Source: Spirochaetota bacterium
GTDB taxonomy: Bacteria; Spirochaetota; UBA4802; UBA5550
DNA length: 50,633 nt
NCBI GenBank assembly: GCA_050298055.1
Contig: JBNKTL010000036.1
Coordinates: 1 to 50,633 of the forward strand
Reading direction: 5' to 3'
The notes below the pieces were generated by a model, which saw only the letters and a list, made by a program, of their open reading frames with translations, was not told the origin of the DNA and did no database searches. The translations under genes were made by a program, and so were the position numbers. Positions 35,096-45,131 of this stretch are shown here, one piece after another (position 1 is the first letter of the stretch; every line of letters starts with the position of its first letter).

Positions 35096-38000
35096 ATTTT
35101 GCCGGAAGAGTTACAATAGCGGCCTGTCTTCTTTTTTTACTGGTCCAGCCGGGCATTCCCGGAAAGAGCGCGGGTCTCGTTGATCCGGAGATAAGATATA
35201 CCGGTCTCAAAGGAGAGGGAAGTTACAGGGAGGCCCTTGACCTTCTTCACCGGTGGACCCTGAGTACGGAAGATGAAACCATCTGTGAAACAAATATCTT
35301 CCGGATCGGAGAGCTCATGGCATATCCTGACCTCTTCACCAGGGGGAGAGAAGTCCTTGAGAACATCAGGAGGGAAAAGAAAGACTCCCTCAACGGGTTT
35401 ATCCTCTCCCGTATAGACAGCTGCCTGAACCTCCTCGCCCTGAAAAGGGGAGAAACGGACAGATCATCCGAAATCACCGGAAAACTCGGGTTTCTGAAAT
35501 TCGACATCATCGGCCCCTTTAAAAACAGCAGCAGGAACGACTTTGAGAAAAAACATCTCACGGAATATAAAAAAAACAGGATCTATACCGGCAGGAACTA
35601 TCTCGTCAAATGGTTCCCGGCACAACCTGAAAGAACAGGTTCCGTTAATCCCGCAAACCTTTTTCATGACATCGAAGATACCCTCTTCTACCTTCACTCT
35701 GATATCTGCATTGCCGAAGAGGGCGAATACAGCCTGACCCTGGGGAAAACAGGTTATACTGATATCTGGCTCAACGGGAGACGGATATTTTCAGACTGGA
35801 CAAGGCACAGCTACGGCTTCGACCAGTACAGGATCAGGCTCCGTCTCAGGAAGGGGTATTACAGCCTCCTGGTGAAAACCGGCGACCTTGATGGGGACCT
35901 CAGGTTTTCAGCCAGGCTCACCGGTAAAACCGGCAGGGGAAAGAAAAAGCTGAAAGAAGACAACCGGGAAAAACCCCTGCCGGAACTTCTCGGCTCGTCC
36001 CGTTTCACCACCCTCAAAACCCTCCTCTCACCGGAGAGAAGCGAGCTGAAGAGATTCAGGGCGGGATATCTCATCTACGCGTCAGGCCTGGGCAGTAACG
36101 ACAACAGTGAAATTATCGATCAACTCTCCGGAATAAAAAAAGAGAACCCCCTCTACGCGGCGGCCAGGTACTATATGGGCATATCGGAAAAGAACGCGGA
36201 GAGCAGCGAAGAGTACTTTAAGGACTCAATAAAGAGTAACGGCAGATTCACCGAATCCCTGGCCGGGATCATCAGGATCAAGATAATAAACAGGAGTTTT
36301 TATGAGGCATACCCCCTCATAGAAAAGATGAAAGAGGAGAAGAGCGGTCCAAGGATCCATTCGGAACTTCTGGCATCTTTTTTCCGGGGCAAGGGCTGGA
36401 TCTTTGAAGTCATGAAACAGGCCCAAAAGCTCATAGAATCGGGACATCCCTCCTCCGGATACCGGTACTTAAGCAGCGTCTCCGAAAACGGAAAGTACTT
36501 CTCCCGGGCTGCGGACCACCTGGAACATGTCTATAAGCTGGACAGGTACAGCATGACAACACTTCTCCGGCTCGCGGACCTCTACCGAAAGAGCGGAAAA
36601 GCAACCAGGGAGCTGTCACTTCTCACAGCCGGTCTCACTCTCTTCCCCGATTCCGTGGAACTGCGGCTCAGGATAGCGGAACTTCTGAAAAACAGGGGAG
36701 ACGGCCTCCATTCCCTCCCTTACCTCTCATCTTCCCTGGGCATATCTCCTTACAATAGAGAAACCCTCAGGTCCCTGGGACTCTTTTACCATATGAACGG
36801 GAAAAAGGAGACGGCTGTCTACTATCTCAGAAAGGCCCTGAACTACGATCCCGACAACCATGATCTCAAGAGATACCTGGAAATCATAACCGGGGAAGAA
36901 AATGAAATTACAAAATACCTCTCTAACGGAGATATTGCCGCTCTTCTCCGAAAATCGGCTCAATACAGGGACGAAGCAGTGGTAAGGCTGCTGGACGAGA
37001 CCGGGTACAGGGTCTTCAGCAACGGTTCTCATGAAAAGTCCGTTCACAGCGTAATAAAGATCAACAGCCCGGACGCGTTGAAGAAGTTTGAGAACCAGGT
37101 CATCATCATCGACCCGTCAACGGACAGGATCGAGAACCTGAAGTGCTTCGTGATCAATAACGGCAGCAGAATTGAGATAACAGCAAAGTACAGAAGGTCT
37201 CTCTCCGACCCGGAGAGCAGGCTCTACTATAACCTCGAAGCGGTGATCATTCCCCTCTCCTCACTTGCCCGGGGAAGCATCATAGATTTAAGCTATACAA
37301 TAGCCAACAGGGGTGGCGGCATCTACAAGGATTATTTCGGAGAAAAGATCATCGCCGGAAGTGAATACAGGACCATCCTCACCAATATCGTCCTCAGCTA
37401 CCCTGACAACAAGAAGATATACATCCACCGGAAGAGGCTGGACCCCGGGAAGATAAAAGAGTACAGGCACATCCGGAAGAATATCTACCAGGTAAAACTT
37501 GAGGACCTCCCCCCCTATAAAAAGGAGACGGCAATGCCCCCTGAATCCGACATACTCCCTTCACTTTCCTTTACCTCTCACAGGAACTGGGACGAGCTCA
37601 CTTCATGGTACAGGGCGCTGCTCAGAAATAAAATCCGGCTCAGCCCCGTGATGAAAGAAAAAGTAAGGGCCCTCATAAAACCGGGTGACACCCAGGAGGA
37701 AAGGGTAAACAGGATATACGATCATGTCACCGCCACCATCCGCTACGTGGGATTTGAACTGGGTATCGGGGGAATACAGCCGAGAAGCTGCGACCTGACC
37801 TATGCCTCAAAGATGGGTGATTGCAAGGACATCAGCCTGGTCCTGGTCGCGATGTTCAGGGAAGCCGGGATCGACGCCCGGCTCGCCCTTGTGAGAACAC
37901 GGGACAAGGGGAGAGCCGATATCCGCATACCCTTCATGGGTGAATTCAACCACGCCATCTGTTATGTGAGGTTAAAGGGCAGGAACGGAAAATACCGGGA

Positions 38001-38763
38001 GTTCTTTATTGACGGAACTGCCGACTATACCGGTTCCCGGGAGATCAATGATGAAATAAGGGGGATAGACGCCCTGGTCCTGGACAAAAACGGCTACCGG
38101 TTTATCAACACGGAAAGCAGTTATTATCTTCCCAACACGCAGAAAGTCCATACGGTAATCAGCATAGACGGGGACGGCAACGCAAACCTTGAGAGAAAAC
38201 TGGCCAAAAGCGGGAGCTGGTCACCCGGTACCAGGAGAGATCTCAGCAACATAAAAACGAAGGAGCTCACCCTCAACCGGTACTGGAACAGCATCTTCCC
38301 CGGGTCCGAAGTCTCCGGCATTAAGGTATTGAGCAGAGAAATCAACAGGGCCGTGTCATACACATACCGCGTGGGGATCAAATCCTTTGCCCAGGCCAGC
38401 AAGAAGGAGATCATCTTTAAGTCATTCCTGGTCCCCTCAGACTATTACAGGAATTATGCCGTTTCCGGGAAGAGAAGGTTCCCGGTGACCATGTCGGGGG
38501 GCGGGACAACTGAGGTCAGCATTGAATATTTATTTCCCCGGGGCTTCCGTCTCTACAGGCTTCCGGACAGCGAGAGTTTCACTCATGAGAAGTTCAGCGC
38601 CCGCTTCACCTACACCCCCACCGCCGGGGGACTCAGGGTCTCTTCATTTATCAGCCTGAAAGACTACAGGATCGAGGTTTCCGAGTACAAACGGTTCAGG
38701 GAATTTACCCGGATGGTCCACCGGAAGGAGCTCGAACCTGTGGTCCTGGTCAGGGAAAAATAG
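35092..38763 (+). CDS. Large secreted TPR + DUF3857 + transglutaminase-like protein
   Basis: Signal peptide, TPR helices, IRYVGFELGIGGIQP, GDCKD / FNHAI / IDGT (Cys-His-Asp triad); ATGA overlap with the upstream gene. Confidence 0.88.
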   Translation: MNFAGRVTIAACLLFLLVQPGIPGKSAGLVDPEIRYTGLKGEGSYREALDLLHRWTLSTEDETICETNIFRIGELMAYPDLFTRGREVLENIRREKKDSLNGFILSRIDSCLNLLALKRGETDRSSEITGKLGFLKFDIIGPFKNSSRNDFEKKHLTEYKKNRIYTGRNYLVKWFPAQPERTGSVNPANLFHDIEDTLFYLHSDICIAEEGEYSLTLGKTGYTDIWLNGRRIFSDWTRHSYGFDQYRIRLRLRKGYYSLLVKTGDLDGDLRFSARLTGKTGRGKKKLKEDNREKPLPELLGSSRFTTLKTLLSPERSELKRFRAGYLIYASGLGSNDNSEIIDQLSGIKKENPLYAAARYYMGISEKNAESSEEYFKDSIKSNGRFTESLAGIIRIKIINRSFYEAYPLIEKMKEEKSGPRIHSELLASFFRGKGWIFEVMKQAQKLIESGHPSSGYRYLSSVSENGKYFSRAADHLEHVYKLDRYSMTTLLRLADLYRKSGKATRELSLLTAGLTLFPDSVELRLRIAELLKNRGDGLHSLPYLSSSLGISPYNRETLRSLGLFYHMNGKKETAVYYLRKALNYDPDNHDLKRYLEIITGEENEITKYLSNGDIAALLRKSAQYRDEAVVRLLDETGYRVFSNGSHEKSVHSVIKINSPDALKKFENQVIIIDPSTDRIENLKCFVINNGSRIEITAKYRRSLSDPESRLYYNLEAVIIPLSSLARGSIIDLSYTIANRGGGIYKDYFGEKIIAGSEYRTILTNIVLSYPDNKKIYIHRKRLDPGKIKEYRHIRKNIYQVKLEDLPPYKKETAMPPESDILPSLSFTSHRNWDELTSWYRALLRNKIRLSPVMKEKVRALIKPGDTQEERVNRIYDHVTATIRYVGFELGIGGIQPRSCDLTYASKMGDCKDISLVLVAMFREAGIDARLALVRTRDKGRADIRIPFMGEFNHAICYVRLKGRNGKYREFFIDGTADYTGSREINDEIRGIDALVLDKNGYRFINTESSYYLPNTQKVHTVISIDGDGNANLERKLAKSGSWSPGTRRDLSNIKTKELTLNRYWNSIFPGSEVSGIKVLSREINRAVSYTYRVGIKSFAQASKKEIIFKSFLVPSDYYRNYAVSGKRRFPVTMSGGGTTEVSIEYLFPRGFRLYRLPDSESFTHEKFSARFTYTPTAGGLRVSSFISLKDYRIEVSEYKRFREFTRMVHRKELEPVVLVREK

Positions 38764-38772
38764 CCGGGAAGA

Positions 38773-39816
38773 CTACCTGTAAAGCCTCCTGAATTCATCA
38801 AGATAGATCCGTGCGATCTCACGGTTTGAGATGATGAGGATATTCTCATCATTGTTCCTGTTGGCATTTCGTGAGAAATTGTACGAGCCGGTTATCACTG
38901 TTGTTTCATCAATGATAAAGACCTTGTGATGCATGCTGTTCCGGTTCCTGTCAAGCTTCACCGGGACCCCTTCAATTTTCATTTTCACATATTCGGAGTA
39001 CCTGCTGTTGCTGCCGCTCCTCTCAAAAAGCCCCTTTACATCAAGACCCTCGTCATGCTTTCTGATCACCGTTTCACCGATCCTGTCGCTGGTAAAAGAA
39101 AATGCCATAAAGCGTATGGATCTTTTTGCCCTGTGGAGCCTTCTGAGGATAATCCTTTCCACATTGTCCTCCGGCGCGAAATAGGCGTTGATTGGAGTGT
39201 TCCCGATTTTCACATAGTACTTTTTTTTAAGGCTGCCGAAGGGGCCCTTCTCTTTCCTGTTGCCGAAGATCCTGTGTTGAAACATCTCATCGAACTCATC
39301 CAGGTAGATACGGGCAAGTTCTCGTGAATAGATCTTTATGGCATTATTGTTGTTCTTCCAGGCGCCGTTGGGGGTCAGGTTGTAGGACCCTGTCCAGAGA
39401 ATGGAATCATCTATCACCGCAAACTTGTTATGCATGAGCCCCTTCCTTTTATCAGAAACAACGGGAATTCCCGCATCAATCAGCCGGTTTACCGCGTCAC
39501 CCTGCATATTGTCCTCCTCTGTGACGATCCTGATCTCCACTCCTCTCTTTCGGGCCTTTAAGAGGGCACCGGCAACTCTTTCCGATGAAATATCATAAAA
39601 GGCGCCGTAAAACTTTTTCTCTGCCCTGTTGATGGTTTCAATGAGCCGGTATTCGGGATTGTTTCTGAGGGAGCTTCCCCGGGAATTCATTAACGGCGAG
39701 GTAAAGGAGACGCTGAACCACCTGCTTTTTTCTCCCGTGAGTTTTCCCGGCAATAGAAGAGAGAGGAACAATGCGGTGACGGACAGGATGATCTTCTGAG
39801 AATAAATAGACTTCAT
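38773..39816 (-). CDS. Secreted phospholipase D-family protein (two HKD motifs)
   Basis: MHNKFAVIDD...TGSYN and MHHKVFIIDE...TGSYNFS; likely start MKSIYSQK at 39816 with signal/TM. Confidence 0.9.
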   Translation of the reverse strand: MKSIYSQKIILSVTALFLSLLLPGKLTGEKSRWFSVSFTSPLMNSRGSSLRNNPEYRLIETINRAEKKFYGAFYDISSERVAGALLKARKRGVEIRIVTEEDNMQGDAVNRLIDAGIPVVSDKRKGLMHNKFAVIDDSILWTGSYNLTPNGAWKNNNNAIKIYSRELARIYLDEFDEMFQHRIFGNRKEKGPFGSLKKKYYVKIGNTPINAYFAPEDNVERIILRRLHRAKRSIRFMAFSFTSDRIGETVIRKHDEGLDVKGLFERSGSNSRYSEYVKMKIEGVPVKLDRNRNSMHHKVFIIDETTVITGSYNFSRNANRNNDENILIISNREIARIYLDEFRRLYR

Positions 39817-39829
39817 AGACCGGCCATAA

Positions 39830-40798
39830 TTATAAAGACTTTGTTCCGATCTTCCCGGCCCGGTCGAGTTCATCCCATTTTTCAAGGAGGATATTTTCAT
39901 ACTCGGTATAGAGAATCTGTTCATCAGTGCCGGGATACTGGGCCTTGACCTTTGATATGAGCGTCCTGTATGAGGTCATCTGCTTGAGATTTGTACTGTT
40001 GGCGATCATCTCTTTAACATCATCATCGCTCTTTCTTAAAAGGTGGTGGTAAAAAGTATAGATATTCTGCAAACTTTTCAGCATAACTGTCACGCTGTTT
40101 TTGTCAGATTCTTTGATTTCATCAATCCTGTTATTTATGAAATTCAGAATATATTCCGTATCAAGGGCCGTGAGTTCAAAATCGAGAAGCAGCTGATAGA
40201 TCCGGGAATAATCCCTGGACCTGATATGGACAATCGCCAGGTAAACGGGATTTTCTGACATGATATTCAGGTTGGTCCTCAGGTCCAGGTCCGGATCATC
40301 TCTATAGCGGGATTCCGGGTCGGTCAGCGGCGCCGGAATAATATTATTTTCATCTATCTTATACCTGTTATGGACAATGATTATATCATTTGATGTTATT
40401 TCATCATCTATGATAATATAGTCAGGCTTGAGGCTTATGTCATACTCCTTCACCATTTCGGCAACATTATTGACCCTGAGCATTCTCACCGGTATCATGT
40501 CAAGGTCCTTGTCTACAGGAATAAACAGGTACCTGATTTTCTTCGTTGCACGTTCAAGGTAGGGAAGGATCATCTCACCCTTTCTTATCTTTAAGAGATA
40601 ATAGTTTTTATCATAATCGTGCTTGAAATCAAGGGCATTTCCCAGGAAGACAATGAGAGGAACATTGTGAAGGAGGCTTTTCCCTTCCCTGTCGGTGTAT
40701 ATGGATTTCCCGTTCTTATCAAAGGCAAGAAACTGCCATTTTTTGAACAGTATCTTGATAAGTTTTCCCGAGGGTGTTTTTTCCTCTGTAAAATCCAT
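39830..40798 (-). CDS. Hypothetical protein
   Basis: 322-aa ORF 4 nt from the upstream gene, in an operon-like run. Confidence 0.8.
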   Translation of the reverse strand: MDFTEEKTPSGKLIKILFKKWQFLAFDKNGKSIYTDREGKSLLHNVPLIVFLGNALDFKHDYDKNYYLLKIRKGEMILPYLERATKKIRYLFIPVDKDLDMIPVRMLRVNNVAEMVKEYDISLKPDYIIIDDEITSNDIIIVHNRYKIDENNIIPAPLTDPESRYRDDPDLDLRTNLNIMSENPVYLAIVHIRSRDYSRIYQLLLDFELTALDTEYILNFINNRIDEIKESDKNSVTVMLKSLQNIYTFYHHLLRKSDDDVKEMIANSTNLKQMTSYRTLISKVKAQYPGTDEQILYTEYENILLEKWDELDRAGKIGTKSL

Positions 40799-40802
40799 AC
40801 TT

Positions 40803-41558
40803 TTACCCTGCCGATCTCAGGCTTCTTTTTTTGTAGCGATCAAGTTCTTTCCTGTACATTTTTGCGACCTCTTCAATGTCCTTATACTGTTTGATAATGA
40901 ACATCTCCTTGACCAGTTCCTTTATTTTGGTGTCATCTTCCAGCATTGACATCTGCCTCTGGTTCCCGGTAAATTTTTCCCCGGTATCGGAAAAGATGGA
41001 ATTTATTATCTTTTCAACGGACGGGATATTTCTGTTGAGAGGTCTCCCTGACTTTTTGTAGACATTCTTGAGTATGAGAGATATCAGGGTGATGACCTTT
41101 CTCCTTTTGTCAGCTTCCCTGTCCTCAACCAGCTTTTCAAATGCAGATAATATCCTGCTGTTCTTTTCTTTTATCCTGTCAACCAGTTCAAACTTCACGT
41201 CCTCGGAGAGATTCGCAAAAACCGGGTCCTGTCCCGGATAAAAGCTCCTTAAAAAAGCCTTGGAGAGCATAATCTTCCCGCAAAGCGAATCATTAATGGT
41301 CTCTCCATTGATATAGGAGGTGAGTTTATTGATGTCAACATCAAGCATACTCTGAAGATCACTGATAAAACCGGGGATTTCAAATCTTTCAAAAAAATTC
41401 TCCATTGACTTGCTCTCTTCCACATCCTTCCGGAAAAAATAATCCATAAGAAGCATTTTGAATATCTCGCCCGGCCGCCCGGTGTAATCAGGATTTATCT
41501 CATACTCAATACACTGATCGATAAGGTTATTAAAGGATTCATCATTCTTCGGTGACAT
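40803..41558 (-). CDS. Hypothetical helical protein
   Basis: 251-aa charged ORF downstream of tsaD, GGAG RBS. Confidence 0.8.
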   Translation of the reverse strand: MSPKNDESFNNLIDQCIEYEINPDYTGRPGEIFKMLLMDYFFRKDVEESKSMENFFERFEIPGFISDLQSMLDVDINKLTSYINGETINDSLCGKIMLSKAFLRSFYPGQDPVFANLSEDVKFELVDRIKEKNSRILSAFEKLVEDREADKRRKVITLISLILKNVYKKSGRPLNRNIPSVEKIINSIFSDTGEKFTGNQRQMSMLEDDTKIKELVKEMFIIKQYKDIEEVAKMYRKELDRYKKRSLRSAG

Positions 41559-41594
41559 AGCTTATACTCCCGGTAAAGGTACTCGCGAACTTGA

Positions 41595-42590
41595 TCAGTA
41601 TACCCTTGCAGAGACATCGATTTCAAGGCTGTCGCTCTGCCCCATAAGGAAATACCTGTATCCTATTCCCGCGACCATTGCCGCGTTATCCGTACAGAGT
41701 TCCGGTGAGGGTATGATAATCTCTTCACTGTTACGGCAACTCTCATGCAGGAGTTCCCTCAATCGTCCATTGCAGGCAACCCCCCCCGCCACAACAATTC
41801 TCTTTATATTCATCTCTCCCGCCGCCCTGAAGATATTCCTCACAAGGAGCTCCAGGGCCCTCTCCTGGAAACTGTAGGCGATTTCGTTAACATCGGCCTC
41901 CGGGTTTTCACGGAGAGTGTTTATCACGGCTGTTTTTATGCCACTGTAGGAGAACCTGAGATCCTTTGAATTATGGAGAATTTTCGGGAGCCTGATATCA
42001 TGGCGAACGGCGTTCTTCGCCCTCTTTTCAACGGCCGGCCCCCCGGGATAGCCGAGATCCAGAAATTTAGCCACCTTGTCAAATGCTTCACCTATGGCAT
42101 CATCGCCGGTTTTCCCCAGGACCTCAAGATCATTTATTCCCCTTACCAGGTATATTGCCGTATTCCCCCCGGAGATAAGGAGGCCCAGGTAAGGAAATTT
42201 CAGCTCATGCCCCTCAAGGAAAGGGGCATAGAGATGGGCCTCAAGGTGATTCACGGCTATGAGAGGAATATCCAGCGTAAAGGATATGGCTTTTGCCGAC
42301 TGGAGAGTAATGATCAGGGAACCCACAAGACCGGGACGATTTGTTACCGATACGTAATCCAGGTCGGAAAAACCGATCCCGGCTTCATCCAGGGCCTCTT
42401 GAATAAGCGGGTTTATGGTTTCCAAGTGGGCCCTTGACGCGATCTCCGGGACCACACCATAGTAGGACCTGTGAATGTCAATCTGGCTGAAGATCCTGTT
42501 GGAGAGAACCCGGCTTCCGTTTACTACAACCGAAGCCGATGTCTCATCGCAGGAGCTCTCCAGACCAAGCCCGATAATATCCTTAACCAT
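41595..42590 (-). CDS. tsaD: tRNA N6-threonylcarbamoyltransferase
   Basis: GLESSCDETS, GVVPEIASRAH, NHLEAH, SGGNT, DDAIGEAFDKVA, FSYSGIKT, CTDNAAMVA. Confidence 0.96.
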   Translation of the reverse strand: MVKDIIGLGLESSCDETSASVVVNGSRVLSNRIFSQIDIHRSYYGVVPEIASRAHLETINPLIQEALDEAGIGFSDLDYVSVTNRPGLVGSLIITLQSAKAISFTLDIPLIAVNHLEAHLYAPFLEGHELKFPYLGLLISGGNTAIYLVRGINDLEVLGKTGDDAIGEAFDKVAKFLDLGYPGGPAVEKRAKNAVRHDIRLPKILHNSKDLRFSYSGIKTAVINTLRENPEADVNEIAYSFQERALELLVRNIFRAAGEMNIKRIVVAGGVACNGRLRELLHESCRNSEEIIIPSPELCTDNAAMVAGIGYRYFLMGQSDSLEIDVSARVY

Positions 42591-42610
42591 CCCTGCCCTG
42601 CTGCTCCCTC

Positions 42611-43981
42611 TTATTTCATACCGGTAATCTTCTCTATGGCAGAATTCAACTGTACATCAAACTCAAGGTCATAGACCGATTCCTTTTTAAACCTGTTGAT
42701 CCTCGACTTGAGGACAAAGTCAGCAGTTTTTCTCCCAAGGTGTATTCCTTTTTTCTTAAGAAATTCAGTAAATTTATTTCTGTTCTCCTCGTTGTAACTC
42801 ATATTCCCTGTTACAAACTGCGAGAGAAGCTTGTCCCTGTTTATCTTCTTGAGAGCTTTAGTATCTTCCTTTGACATCTTTGCAGACTCCACGATAAAAT
42901 CGGGGACAATACCCTTTTTGTGGATCATTTTGCCCGAAGGCGTATAGTATTTCGCGATTGTTATGGCAACACCCACTTTCTTGTCCAGGTTATAGGTCTT
43001 CTGAACGGAGCCCTTCCCAAAGGTTTTAACTCCAAGAAGTCTTCCCCTGTTATTGTCCCTGATAGCACCGGAGAGGATTTCAGAAGCGGAAGCGCTCCCG
43101 TGGTTTACAAGAACAATGACTTTCCCCGTAAAAACAGGATCATTGAGCGACTTGAATTCCTCCTCCCTGTGGGAACCGGGCCTCCCCCTTGTTGTTACAA
43201 TGGTCTTTCCCTTCTCAAGAAAAAGATCGGAAATATCTACCGCGGCCTGGAGAAGACCTCCGGGATTAAATCTCAGGTCAATGATGAGCTTTTCAATACC
43301 TTCCCGGTTGAACTTCTTAAGGGCCCTGGAAACATCACCTGTAGTATCAGACCCGAAGCTCTTGATCTTTATATATCCGATATTTTTGTCTTTCATCGTT
43401 GCCGAAGCCACAGACTTGATCTTTATGGGTTTCCTCTCGATCTCATATTCCATTGCTTCATCAAAACCGCTCCTTCTGACTGTAAGTTTTACTTTGCTCC
43501 CGGGAAGTCCCTTGATTAATTTTACCACTTCAGAAAGTTTTTTCCCTTTCAGGGGTGTCCCGTTTACCCGGGTGATGACATCCCCCGCAAGAATACCCGC
43601 TTCCCCGGCCGGCGAATCATCTATGGGAGAGATGACCACTATATCATCATCCCTGATGGTGATCACGATCCCCACACCCACATATTTTCCCGTTGTCATT
43701 TCCCTGAGATCGTTGAAAGACTTCTCATCGAGAAAACGGGAGAAGGGATCATCCAGGGACTTGATCATGCCCTTTATGGCCCCGTAAAAGATCTTTTTAT
43801 TATCTGTTTCATCAACATAGTCTGTCCTGATAAGCTGGTAGACCCTGTGGAAATAATCGAGAAATTTATGTGCCGGCTCACTGGCCGTTGCCACGAAAGA
43901 GAAGTTTGCTCCTATGAACAGTCCACACAGGAATGCCAGTATAATAAAATGTGTTTTTCTTCTGCTGAAATTCTTAAACAT
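42611..43981 (-). CDS. ctpA: C-terminal processing protease (S41A) with PDZ domain
   Basis: LDDPFS, GVGI, IIDLRFNPGGLL, SASASEILSGA, TFGKGSVQ, KYYTPSG; start probably MFKNF at 43981. Confidence 0.92.
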   Translation of the reverse strand: MFKNFSRRKTHFIILAFLCGLFIGANFSFVATASEPAHKFLDYFHRVYQLIRTDYVDETDNKKIFYGAIKGMIKSLDDPFSRFLDEKSFNDLREMTTGKYVGVGIVITIRDDDIVVISPIDDSPAGEAGILAGDVITRVNGTPLKGKKLSEVVKLIKGLPGSKVKLTVRRSGFDEAMEYEIERKPIKIKSVASATMKDKNIGYIKIKSFGSDTTGDVSRALKKFNREGIEKLIIDLRFNPGGLLQAAVDISDLFLEKGKTIVTTRGRPGSHREEEFKSLNDPVFTGKVIVLVNHGSASASEILSGAIRDNNRGRLLGVKTFGKGSVQKTYNLDKKVGVAITIAKYYTPSGKMIHKKGIVPDFIVESAKMSKEDTKALKKINRDKLLSQFVTGNMSYNEENRNKFTEFLKKKGIHLGRKTADFVLKSRINRFKKESVYDLEFDVQLNSAIEKITGMK

Positions 43982-44226
43982 CGGGTTCTCCAAAATTATA
44001 TTTAATAGATTAAAAGTATATTGTTGGAAAAAAGTCAAACAATTAAATGGTATCTTTTTTCATCACAGGCCCGGTATTAATGGAACATGTTAACATTATC
44101 ATATTACATATACTCATGACAACGGAAAAAAATTAAATAAAAAATATTCACTTTATATTTAGAAGCAAAAAAATCCATAATGTTTCTCTTGACACAATTA
44201 ATCATTGAATTGTAACTGCTTAACCG

Positions 44227-45123
44227 ATGCATAAGAACATACTGATCATATCCGATATTGAGGGAAGTTCCGGCTGCTGGGACTATGAATCATCTTCATT
44301 TCTGAAGAAGAAATGGGCCTCTGCCTGCCTTGAGATGTCCCGGGACGTCAACGCCGTAGCGGAAGCGCTTTTTGAGAACGGGGCGGACAGGATCATCGTG
44401 AAGGACTTCCACAGGACCGGTTACAATCTCCTTCCCGAGTTCATCCATCCCCGGGTAAAACTGGTTTCCGGGTACATGACAGGACCGGTCCCGGGGCTGG
44501 GAGACCCGGGAAATTCCACCGCGGTGATGATGCTGGGCATGCATTCATCATCGGGGTCAAAGGGCTTCCTTGCCCACACAATGACCTCCCGGATAAAAAA
44601 GCTCACCGTCAATGAAGAACTTATGGGTGAGATCGAGCTCTTTTCCGCCTCCCTGGCGCCCTGGAACATCTCACCGGTTTTCTTCTCCGGCTGCCCCGTG
44701 GCCTGCCTGCAGGCGGAAGAAGCAGTGAAGAAGATCATCACCTATCCCATAGACAAAACCCACGGCGAAGGTTCCCTTGACTACGGAAACTGGAGGAAGG
44801 GACTGGCGGAAGCGGCGGTAAAGGCCATGGGAAACCATTCAACGGTCCCCTTCAAAAAAGAGGGTCCCTTTAAAGCCATACTCTCCATGCGTGACGGAAG
44901 TAAATATGCCGGGAAGCTAGCTGCAAGATGGGGATTTTCCTCAACCGGGAATAAAATATTTATTGAAGCGGAGGATATGGATTCTCTCTATTACAGCCTG
45001 ATCAGGCTCTGCTATCTCACCCCTTTTACGGAAAGGATACTCCCCCTGGGAATCAGCCTCTACAACCTGTACGGGAGACTGGGGCAGTCCTGGGTCAGGT
45101 ATATGATAAAGAAGAGATTATAA
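44227..45123 (+). CDS. M55 family metallopeptidase (DppA D-aminopeptidase-like)
   Basis: ISDIEG (DxE), VKDFH, LGMHS, FLAHT, MGEIEL. Confidence 0.85.
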   Translation: MHKNILIISDIEGSSGCWDYESSSFLKKKWASACLEMSRDVNAVAEALFENGADRIIVKDFHRTGYNLLPEFIHPRVKLVSGYMTGPVPGLGDPGNSTAVMMLGMHSSSGSKGFLAHTMTSRIKKLTVNEELMGEIELFSASLAPWNISPVFFSGCPVACLQAEEAVKKIITYPIDKTHGEGSLDYGNWRKGLAEAAVKAMGNHSTVPFKKEGPFKAILSMRDGSKYAGKLAARWGFSSTGNKIFIEAEDMDSLYYSLIRLCYLTPFTERILPLGISLYNLYGRLGQSWVRYMIKKRL

Positions 45124-45131
45124 CCCGCAGT

